In this document: piece after piece, positions 16,477-25,201 of the stretch | Position numbering within the stretch: the stretch's first letter is position 1 | Layout: every line of letters starts with the position of its first letter | DNA from: Deinococcus radiodurans R1 = ATCC 13939 = DSM 20539 | Lineage (GTDB): Bacteria > Deinococcota > Deinococci > Deinococcales > Deinococcaceae | Assembly: GCF_000008565.1 (NCBI RefSeq) | Contig: NC_001264.1 | Location: forward strand, 348,347 to 380,346 | Direction: 5' to 3' | Length of the DNA stretch: 32,000 nt | Program-made: the position numbers and the translations under genes | Notes under the pieces: model-generated | Told to the model about the DNA's origin: nothing | What the model saw: the letters and a program-made list of their open reading frames with translations, nothing else | Database searches by the model: none

Positions 16477-19440
16477 GTGAACTGCCCCACCTGCGGCTCG
16501 CCCGTTCCGGCGGGCGCGACCAACTGCCCGGTCTGCGGCTCGCCGCTGGGGGGCAACAGCCAGACATTGCCGCCCGGCACCACGTTGCAGGGCGGCAAGT
16601 ACCGGCTGGAGCAGGTGCTGGGGCAGGGCGGCTTCGGCATCACCTACCTCGGCAGCCAGACACAGCTCGGGGCGCGGGTCGCCATCAAGGAACTGTTCCC
16701 GAGCGGCTCTACCCGGCAAAGCGGCCAGTACGTGCTGCCGCCTGCGGGCACCGACCCGGCGGGCTGGGCGCAGGCCAAGCAGGACTTCACGGCGGAGGGC
16801 CGCACCGTCGCCCGCTTCAACCACCCCGACATCGTGCGGGTCATGGACCTGTTTGAGGAAAACGGGACCGCCTACCTCGTCATGGAGTTTCTGGAGGGGC
16901 AGACCCTCGGCAGCGCGATTGAAAAGCGCGGGCCGCTGCCCCCGGACGAAGTGGTCAACATCGCCAAACGCGTCCTCGGCGCCCTGAGCGTGGTCCACAG
17001 CGCGGGGATGCTGCACCGCGACATCAAGCCCGACAACATCTATCTCGACAAGGCGGGGCGCACCGTCCTGATTGACTTCGGCTCGGCGCGCACCTTCGCG
17101 GCGGGGCAGACGGTGAGTCACACCCGGCTGGTCACGCCCGGCTACGCGCCGCTGGAGCAGTACAGCGGTTCGGCCAAATTCGGACCGTACACCGACATCT
17201 ACGCACTCGGGGCGACCCTCTACCACGCCCTGACCGGCCACCCGCCCACCCCCGCCACCGACCGGACGATGGGGACGCCGCTTGCGCCGCTGCCGCCGAA
17301 CACACCCCCGGCGCTGCGCGAGGCGATTGAGCGCAGCCTCGCCATCAAAATCAACGAGCGCCCGCAAAGCACGCAGGAAGTGCTGGCGCTGCTCAATCAG
17401 GTGTCGGTGGCGCCTCAATCTGCGCCCGCTGCCCCGGCGCCCCGGCCTACGCCCCCGCAGCGCAACCAGACCTTTCCCCCTGCCCCGCAGCCGACGCCCC
17501 AGCGGCAGCCGCAGCGCCCACCTCAGCCCGTACCCCAGCCGCCAGCCCAGCGGCGCCGGGGGCCGGGGTGTGGGTGCCTGTTTCCGCTGCTCCTCCTCGG
17601 CGGTCTCGCGCTGTACGGGATGAACGTGCTCGGGCCGCTGCTGTCGCCCTCTCAGACAGAGACTACCACCACCAGCGAGCAGACCCAGCCCGAGCCACCT
17701 GCCCAGACGCCGACCACACCTACCGAAGACCCCACCATCCCCCAGGCGCCCGGTACCACCGATTCGGGGCAAGACTGGCAAAGCGGCGACTCCATTGATC
17801 TGGGCTTGCCCGGCAGCAACGGGGAAACGCCCGCCCAGACCGACAATACGGCAACGCCTGAAACCACCACTCAGGGCAACGCGGGCACTGAAACAAATCC
17901 CACCACAACTCCGGAGACGAACACCAGCACTGCGCCGACCAGCGGCGAACTCGTCGTCACCGCACCGAACGTCACCCTGCGCTCGGCGGCGGACGCGGCG
18001 GCAAATAGCCTCGGAACGCTGGCGGCGGGCAGCACCGTGCAGATTCTCCAGACGCAGGACGGCTGGTACGAGGTGCAGACGACGAGCGGACAGCGCGGGT
18101 GGGTGGGCACGGACGCGGCCCTGCCGCCTGTCAGCGCCGAAGCCCTGAAAGCATTGCAGACGGCGGCGGGACAGGGCGGCGACGTGCAGCTCTCCCCCGG
18201 CGTCTACCGCCTTCAGGAGCCGCTGGTGCTCTCGCAGGATGCCCACCTGACCGGGGCCGGGCGTGACCGCACCTGGATCACCTCGGCGGCGGGGAACGCC
18301 GTACTTACCACGCGCGGCAACGTCTCTCTGCAAGGCGTCACCGTGGGGTGGACGGGACAGACGCCGGGCGGAGCGCTGCTGGCCGAGGGCGGCACCGTCA
18401 CTCTGCGCGACGCCCGGCTGACTGGCGGTGTGCGCGACGAGACGCGCAACGAGTCCGGCAGCGGCTTACAGCTTTCGCAGGGCGCGCAGGGCGACGTGCA
18501 GGGCAGCGACCTCGTTGGCAACGCTTACGGCGCGTCTGTCAGTGATACAGCGCAGCTCAAGCTGAAAGACAGCACCCTGAGCGACAACTCGCTCGGCGGG
18601 GCCATCTTTCTGGACAGCTCGGGCGGCGAGGTGCGCGGCAGCACGCTGGAGCGCAACGGCGGCGACGGTCTGACGGTGCGGCACACGGCGGCCCCGGTCA
18701 TTGTGGACAGCGAGCTGCGCGACAACGGCGAGCGCGGCCTGAGTGTGGAAGGTCAGGCCAAACCAACCGTCAAGCGCGTGACCGCCAGCGGCAACACACT
18801 GCAAGGCATCGGCGTGCAGGACGACGCGCAGCCGCAGCTCAGCAACAACAAGCTGACGGGGAATGGGCAAGAAGGCCTGACCTACGCCGACCGCGCCGGA
18901 GGCCGCGCCAGCGAGAACGAGCTGAGCGGCAATCAGGTCGGCATCGCCGTGCAGGGCAGCGCCGCGCCGGAGCTGCGGACGAACATCATCCGCGACAGCC
19001 GCGACGCGGGCCTGAGCTACGCCGGGCAAGCGGGCGGCACGGCAAGAGGCAACACCATCACCGGCAGCGCCAAACCCGGCATCTCGCTGTGGGGCGAAGC
19101 GCAGCCCACCCTCAGCAGCAACGTGATTCAGGGCGGCGCCCAGAGTGGCATCGTCTTTGCCGAACACGCGGGCGGCACCCTGGACAGCAACGAAGTCCTC
19201 GGCAACGCGCTCAGCGGCCTGGTCGTCAGGGACACGGCGGCGCCCGAGGTGCGCGGCAACACCTTCCAGGACAACGGCAAGGCGGCCATGGTCTACGAAG
19301 GCGAGGCGGGAGGCCGGGTCAGCGGCAACACCTGCCAGGGCAACGGCAGCGACGTGATCGAGCTGCACCTGACCAGCGTGCTCGCCGGGCCGGACCTCTC
19401 CGGGGCGAGCTGCGCGGTACAGACGCAGGGAAACTGGTAA
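16477..19440 (+). CDS. Receptor-type Hanks Ser/Thr kinase: zinc ribbon, kinase domain, Pro-rich linker, single TM, Thr/Pro-rich spacer, SH3b-like domain and about 12 parallel beta-helix (PbH1/CASH-like) repeats
   Basis: Zinc ribbon CPTCGSPVPAGATNCPVCG. Kinase motifs VAIKEL, HRDIKPDN, DFGS and TPGYAPLEQ. The TM segment is CGCLFPLLLLGGLALYGMNVLGPLL (about 17566-17643). The SH3b-like segment is LRSAADAAANSLGTLAAGSTVQILQTQDGWYEVQT.SGQRGWV (about 17941-18110). Units of about 22-23 aa recur as G..V......P.L..N.I..N...G across 18200-19380. Confidence 0.9.
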   Translation: MNCPTCGSPVPAGATNCPVCGSPLGGNSQTLPPGTTLQGGKYRLEQVLGQGGFGITYLGSQTQLGARVAIKELFPSGSTRQSGQYVLPPAGTDPAGWAQAKQDFTAEGRTVARFNHPDIVRVMDLFEENGTAYLVMEFLEGQTLGSAIEKRGPLPPDEVVNIAKRVLGALSVVHSAGMLHRDIKPDNIYLDKAGRTVLIDFGSARTFAAGQTVSHTRLVTPGYAPLEQYSGSAKFGPYTDIYALGATLYHALTGHPPTPATDRTMGTPLAPLPPNTPPALREAIERSLAIKINERPQSTQEVLALLNQVSVAPQSAPAAPAPRPTPPQRNQTFPPAPQPTPQRQPQRPPQPVPQPPAQRRRGPGCGCLFPLLLLGGLALYGMNVLGPLLSPSQTETTTTSEQTQPEPPAQTPTTPTEDPTIPQAPGTTDSGQDWQSGDSIDLGLPGSNGETPAQTDNTATPETTTQGNAGTETNPTTTPETNTSTAPTSGELVVTAPNVTLRSAADAAANSLGTLAAGSTVQILQTQDGWYEVQTTSGQRGWVGTDAALPPVSAEALKALQTAAGQGGDVQLSPGVYRLQEPLVLSQDAHLTGAGRDRTWITSAAGNAVLTTRGNVSLQGVTVGWTGQTPGGALLAEGGTVTLRDARLTGGVRDETRNESGSGLQLSQGAQGDVQGSDLVGNAYGASVSDTAQLKLKDSTLSDNSLGGAIFLDSSGGEVRGSTLERNGGDGLTVRHTAAPVIVDSELRDNGERGLSVEGQAKPTVKRVTASGNTLQGIGVQDDAQPQLSNNKLTGNGQEGLTYADRAGGRASENELSGNQVGIAVQGSAAPELRTNIIRDSRDAGLSYAGQAGGTARGNTITGSAKPGISLWGEAQPTLSSNVIQGGAQSGIVFAEHAGGTLDSNEVLGNALSGLVVRDTAAPEVRGNTFQDNGKAAMVYEGEAGGRVSGNTCQGNGSDVIELHLTSVLAGPDLSGASCAVQTQGNW

Positions 19441-19456
19441 CTCTTCCCGCGTGGCG

Positions 19457-19488
19457 CAGGCCCCCAGGCCCTCAGCGGTGGGGGCCTG
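19457..19488. terminator. Stem-loop between the convergent STK and LysR genes (9-bp perfect stem)
   Basis: CAGGCCCCC-N14-GGGGGCCTG is followed by TTT. It overlaps the last codons of the minus-strand LysR gene. Confidence 0.45.
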
Positions 19489-20374
19489 TTTCCTGCATGT
19501 CGCCCACCAGCGCTGTGAAGTTGAGCACAGTGGCCGCCCGTTCGTGTGGGCGGCACAGCAGCGTGAGGTCCACAGTGGGCACCGGGGGCCGCAGCTCCAG
19601 ATACTCGCAGCCCTCCAGATTCAGGCGCCGCATCGCGTCGGGGACCAGCGACACGCCAAGCCCGGCGGCAACGAGGCTGACGATGGAGAGCATCTGCGGC
19701 GCGAGCTGCCCCAGCCGGGGCTCAAAGCCGGCGGCGCGGCACGCCTGCCACACGGTGTCGTAGATGAGCGGGCCGAATTCGCGCGGCGTGGTGATGAACG
19801 TCTCGTCGCGCAGCCGTTCCAGCGGCAGAGGCCGGGTCTGCGCCGCCGGGTGTCCGCGCGGCACCACCGCCACCATCGGTTCGCGGGCGACCAGGGTCAG
19901 CGTGAGGTCGCCGAGGTGCTGCGGCAGCGGGCGGGCGAGCACGGCGTCGAGCTGGTGCGAACGCAATTCATCGAGCAGGGTGACGGTGTTTTTCTCGGTC
20001 AGCGTCAGCCGCACGTCGGGGTACAGGTCGCGGTAGCGGCGCAGCAGCCCCTGCACCTGCGGGTTGATGCTCGCCGCGCCGGTAAAGCCCACCCGCAGTT
20101 CGCCCGTTTCACCGCGCCCGGCCCGCCGCGCTTCGTGGGTGGCGCCCTCCACCTGCGCCGGAATGGACTGCACCAGCCGCAAAAAGGTGTGCCCGGCCTC
20201 GGTGAGTTCCACCCCACGCGGTACGCGGTGAAACAGCGGCGTGCCGATTTCGCGCTCCAGCTCGCGGATTTGCTGACTGAGCGGCGGCTGCTGAATGCCC
20301 AGCCGGGCGGCGGCGCGGGTCACGTTGCGCTCGTCCGCCACCGCCAGGAAGTAACGCAGGTGCCGCAGCTCCAT
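19472..20374 (-). CDS. LysR-family transcriptional regulator
   Basis: The N-terminal wHTH is MELRHLRYFLAVADERNVTRAAARLGIQQPPLSQQIRELE, followed by a substrate-binding domain. The start is taken at ATG 20374 because the family-typical MELRHLRYF begins there. It is divergent from gcdH. Confidence 0.9.
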   Translation of the reverse strand: MELRHLRYFLAVADERNVTRAAARLGIQQPPLSQQIRELEREIGTPLFHRVPRGVELTEAGHTFLRLVQSIPAQVEGATHEARRAGRGETGELRVGFTGAASINPQVQGLLRRYRDLYPDVRLTLTEKNTVTLLDELRSHQLDAVLARPLPQHLGDLTLTLVAREPMVAVVPRGHPAAQTRPLPLERLRDETFITTPREFGPLIYDTVWQACRAAGFEPRLGQLAPQMLSIVSLVAAGLGVSLVPDAMRRLNLEGCEYLELRPPVPTVDLTLLCRPHERAATVLNFTALVGDMQETGPHR

Positions 20375-20378
20375 AGGA

Positions 20379-20393
20379 ATACACACAGCGTAT
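20379..20393. promoter_or_regulatory. Candidate LysR-type operator ATAC-N7-GTAT (T-N11-A core)
   Basis: ATACACACAGCGTAT lies 5 nt upstream of the LysR start, in the 168-bp divergent LysR/gcdH intergenic region. Confidence 0.45.
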
Positions 20394-20542
20394 CGCAAAG
20401 GCGCTAGGCAGCTATTGGACATCTCGCAGCCGCTCTCCTACAGTGAGGCCGTTTCAAGCCCAGCTCAACGCCTTCCCGCCCTGGCCCCGGCAGCCTGTGG
20501 CCCCACTGCCCCTTCCTCAAACCCCCTCAGGAGAGTGCCCCC

Positions 20543-21703
<1,161 letters not shown>

Positions 21704-21706
21704 GGC

Positions 21707-21859
21707 GAACTCCGATTGAACTGTTCGTGTCAACGGTTCAATCCGAGCGGAGCGAGAAGGAGCAAAACGGGTTCCGGGCGTGCAGTTGGCAAACTGGCGC
21801 CTTCCCAGTTTGTCAACGGAACAGACGGAATCCGGACAAGTCAGCGTTCTATTCGGAGC
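21707..21859. repeat. Highly structured non-coding element, possibly a second SNR family; single copy in this window
   Basis: The ends are imperfectly inverted (CTCCGATTGAAC... versus ...GTTCTATTCGGAG). Internal hairpins are CTCCGATTGAAC-N14-GTTCAATCCGAG (21710-21747) and CAAACTGG-N7-CCAGTTTG. No plausible ORF is present. Confidence 0.4.
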
Positions 21860-21898
21860 GGGGGCAACAGCGCGGCGATGGCCGGGGCGGTTGCCCCC
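21860..21898 (+). terminator. Stem-loop GGGGGCAAC-N21-GTTGCCCCC downstream of gcdH
   Basis: The 9-bp stem is perfect and GC-rich, but the loop is large and the T-tract is weak. Confidence 0.35.
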
Positions 21899-22046
21899 GC
21901 TTCCCTCTTGTTGCCTTGCTGAAATGAGTCGGCCCAGCCCAGCGGCTATCATGCGGACTCGAAACAGAGCCACAAAAGCTTCAGGCCCTCGCCGCGTCCC
22001 TTGCCGGCGTCTGCCTGCCGTCTCGCTCTGCCTGGAGGAACCGACC

Positions 22047-23279
22047 ATGACCACCCTGCTGCCCGCGCTCGACCTTGCCCAGCTCGACGCCCTCGATGCC
22101 CGCGACCCCCTCGCCCACAAGCGGGCCGAGTTCGACCTGCCGGGGGACATCATCTATCTCGACGGCAACAGCCTGGGCGCCCTACCCCGGCGCGTGCCCG
22201 CGCGGCTCTCGCAGGTGGCGACGGAGGAATGGGGCCACCACCTGATTCGCTCGTGGACGCGCAACGCGGAGGCGGCGCAGGACTGGATGGCGCTCCCAGA
22301 CCGGGTCGCGGCCAAGCTCGCGCCGCTGCTGGGGGCCGGGGCGCACGAGGTGGCGGTGGGTGACTCCACCAGCGTCAACACCTTCAAGGCGCTGGCCGCA
22401 GCGCTGCGGCTCAGTGGACGACGGGTGATTCTCAGCGACGCCGATAACTTTCCCACCGACCTCTACGTGGCGCAGGGCCTCGCCCGGCTGCTGGGGGACG
22501 TGGAAGTGCGGACTGCGCCGGGCGACGAGATGACGCAGCATTTCACCGACGACGTGGGCGTGGTCCTGCTCACCGAAGTGGACTACCGCACCGGGCGCCG
22601 GCTCGACATGCGGGCGATTACGGCGGCGGCCCACGCGCGCGGCATCGTGACGGTGTGGGACCTCGCGCACTCGGCGGGCGCCTTCGCGGTGGACCTCGGC
22701 GGGGCGGGGGCCGACTTCGCCATCGGCTGCGGGTACAAGTTTCTGAACGGTGGCCCCGGCGCCCCAGCCTTTCTGTACGTGGCCGAGCGGCACCTCGACC
22801 GCGCCGAGGTCGTCCTGAGCGGCTGGATGGGCCACGCCGACCCCTTCGAGATGGCCCGCGCCTACGCTCCCGCCCCCGGTGCCCGGCGCTTCGTGGTGGG
22901 CACGCCGCAGGTGCTGAGCCTGAGTGCGCTCGACGCCGCGCTCGACGTGTTCGGAGACGTGGACCTCGGCGCCCTGCGCGAGAAATCGCTCTCGCTGACC
23001 GACACCTTTATCCGGCTGATGGAGCCTCTGGCGGAGCAATACCCCCTCGAACTCGTCACGCCGCTCGCCCACGCCGAGCGCGGCAGCCAGGTCAGCTACC
23101 GGCATCCCCATGCTCAGCAGGTGATGGCGCAGCTGATTGAGTGCGGCATCGTCGGCGATTTCCGCACGCCCGACATTCTGCGGTTCGGGTTCACGCCGCT
23201 CTACCTCTCGCACGGGGACGTGGGGCGGGCCGTGGCAGGCATCGCCGCCGTGCTGGACGAACTGGAAGGGCCGGCGTGA
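22047..23279 (+). CDS. kynU: Kynureninase (PLP-dependent)
   Basis: Typical kynureninase N-terminus (F.LP.D.IYLDGNSLGALP) and aminotransferase class V fold blocks (WDLAHSAG, GCGYKFLNGGPGAPAF). The ATG at 22047 is preceded by GGAGG. The track start at 21780 lies in a structured non-coding region. Confidence 0.9.
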   Translation: MTTLLPALDLAQLDALDARDPLAHKRAEFDLPGDIIYLDGNSLGALPRRVPARLSQVATEEWGHHLIRSWTRNAEAAQDWMALPDRVAAKLAPLLGAGAHEVAVGDSTSVNTFKALAAALRLSGRRVILSDADNFPTDLYVAQGLARLLGDVEVRTAPGDEMTQHFTDDVGVVLLTEVDYRTGRRLDMRAITAAAHARGIVTVWDLAHSAGAFAVDLGGAGADFAIGCGYKFLNGGPGAPAFLYVAERHLDRAEVVLSGWMGHADPFEMARAYAPAPGARRFVVGTPQVLSLSALDAALDVFGDVDLGALREKSLSLTDTFIRLMEPLAEQYPLELVTPLAHAERGSQVSYRHPHAQQVMAQLIECGIVGDFRTPDILRFGFTPLYLSHGDVGRAVAGIAAVLDELEGPA

Positions 23280-24139
23280 GCGGCGAACCCAGTTGCCCCT
23301 TCGGTGGCCCGGCGCCCGAACACTCCGCCGAGCAGGCGCACCGCGATTTCAGCCGCTCGCTGAGCTACGGCGACTACCTGCACCTCGACGAGCTGCGCTC
23401 GGCGCACCAGCCGATCACCGACGCCCACGACGAGCATCTGTTTATCGCCATTCACCATGTGTCCGAGGTGTGGCTCTCGCTCATCGTGCGCGAGTTGCAG
23501 GCGGCGATGAGACTGCTCGACGCCGGCATCACCGACGCGCCGCTGAAGATGCTGACCCGCGTGGTCCGCGCTCAGGAACAGCTCACCGCCGCCTGGGACG
23601 TGCTCAAGACGATGACGCCCGCCGACTACCTCCAGTTTCGCGGCGCCTTTGGGCAAGCGTCGGGGTTTCAGTCGCAAAACTACCGCATGGTCGAATTCCT
23701 GCTCGGCAACCGCAACTCCACGCTGCTGCGCCCGCACGAGCACCGCGCCGACCTGCACCGCCCCCTCGCCGCCGCGCTGCACGCCCCCAGCGTGTACGAC
23801 CTCACCCTGCGCCTCCTCGCCGCGCGGGGGCTGCCGGTGCCCGCCGAGGTGCTGCAACGCGACTACGCCCAGCCTTACCAAACGAACGAAGCGGTCCTGG
23901 CAAGCTGGCTGAGCGTGTACTGCGACACCGAGACTTACTGGGACCTCTACGAACTCGCCGAGAAGCTGGTGGATGTGGAGGACAACTTCCGGCGCTGGCG
24001 TTTCAACCACCTCACCACCGTGGAACGCACCATCGGCTTCAAGCGCGGCTCGGGCGGCACCAGCGGCGTGGGCTACCTGCGCGGGGCCCTTGACGTGGTG
24101 CTGTTTCCCGAACTGTGGGACGTGAGGACGCAATTGTGA
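23276..24139 (+). CDS. kynA: Tryptophan 2,3-dioxygenase
   Basis: The blocks YGDYLHLDELL/R..Q, HDEHLFI..HQ/H.SE.W, FR...G.ASGFQS.QYR..EF and RTIG.K.GTGGSSG-like (GSGGTSGVGYL) are TDO hallmarks. The GTG start overlaps the kynU stop (GTGA). Confidence 0.9.
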   Translation: MSGEPSCPFGGPAPEHSAEQAHRDFSRSLSYGDYLHLDELRSAHQPITDAHDEHLFIAIHHVSEVWLSLIVRELQAAMRLLDAGITDAPLKMLTRVVRAQEQLTAAWDVLKTMTPADYLQFRGAFGQASGFQSQNYRMVEFLLGNRNSTLLRPHEHRADLHRPLAAALHAPSVYDLTLRLLAARGLPVPAEVLQRDYAQPYQTNEAVLASWLSVYCDTETYWDLYELAEKLVDVEDNFRRWRFNHLTTVERTIGFKRGSGGTSGVGYLRGALDVVLFPELWDVRTQL

Positions 24140-24945
24140 GCCGACCAGAACTGTTCGACCCTGCCGTCAACGCCGAATACATGCCCAGCCGACGGGTGCC
24201 GAATGCGCGGGATTATTTCGCGGCCTGGACGGAACGCAGCGCGGAAGTGCGCCGTCAGCACCCTCCCCGCGAGCTGCGCTACGGCCCCGGTGAACACGAG
24301 ACGATGGACATCTTCGAGCCGTCCGGGTCGGCAGCGGGCACCCTGCTGTTCATTCACGGCGGGTACTGGGTGGCGTTCTCCAAGGACGATTTCTCGTTTG
24401 TCGCGCCGCCGCTGCTCGCGCTGGGCTGGCGGGTCGCGGTGATGAGTTACGACCTCGCCCCGGCGGTCTCGCTGCGGCACATCGTGGGGCAGGCACGGGC
24501 GGCAGCTTCGGCGCTGGGGCAGGCGTATCCGGGGCCGCTGGTGGTCGCCGGGCACTCGGCGGGCGGGCATCTCACCGCCATGCTGCACAGCACCGACTGG
24601 GCCGCCGAGGGGCTCCCGGCACCTCTGCTCACCGCCAGCGTCGGCATCAGTGGCCTGTACGACCTCGCGCCCCTCCGGCAGACCGAGTTGCAGGCCGACC
24701 TGCGGCTGAGCGAGGAAGAAGCCCGCGCCCTCAGCCCGCTCTGCGCCCAGCCGACCACCGCCGCGCCGTTTCTGGCCGCTGTGGGAGCACTCGAAAGCGG
24801 GTCGTTCCAGCAGCAGTCGCGGCGACTCGCTGAACTCTGGCCGCGCACACGGCTGCTCGAACAACCTGGGCGGCATCACTTCGATGCGCCGGACGACCTG
24901 GCTGGGCTGCTGGGAGAAGTGCTGAATGAGAAGACGCACGATTAG
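24136..24945 (+). CDS. Alpha/beta-hydrolase arylformamidase (kynurenine formamidase of the AFMID/eukaryote-like type)
   Basis: The oxyanion block is FIHGGYW and the nucleophile elbow is GHSAGGHL. Its position directly after kynA, with another GTGA start/stop overlap (GTG 24136), supports the role. An alternative in-frame GTG lies at 24115. Confidence 0.75.
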   Translation: MSRPELFDPAVNAEYMPSRRVPNARDYFAAWTERSAEVRRQHPPRELRYGPGEHETMDIFEPSGSAAGTLLFIHGGYWVAFSKDDFSFVAPPLLALGWRVAVMSYDLAPAVSLRHIVGQARAAASALGQAYPGPLVVAGHSAGGHLTAMLHSTDWAAEGLPAPLLTASVGISGLYDLAPLRQTELQADLRLSEEEARALSPLCAQPTTAAPFLAAVGALESGSFQQQSRRLAELWPRTRLLEQPGRHHFDAPDDLAGLLGEVLNEKTHD

Positions 24946-25201
24946 ACGGGGCACTGAATAGGTTGCCGCCCCTCCACAGTTGCCAATTCAAACGACATAC
25001 GAACAATCTGTAAAAATGGACCGAGTGTAGACTTTATAGGCAAACCTGACACTCCCTGTTTCTTTAAGAAAAATTAGGATAGGTTAAGACCAACGCAAGA
25101 GGCTTGTGTAAGAGAAGAAAAAGATGTGACTTCGTTCTGCCTCTGTGTGCCCGCTGCAGCTCCGTCGGCTTTCCGTCCTTCATCCCACAAGAGGTCCTCA
25201 C

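Noticed and set aside
24961-25140. A search for an RDRM (DdrO) or SOS-box palindrome in the AT-rich leader (e.g. ACATACGAACAATCTGT) and upstream of lexA (31447-31498).
   Set aside because: - Only weak partial dyad symmetry is present (ACAnA...TnTGT).
- It does not match what I recall of the 17-bp RDRM palindrome well enough to call.
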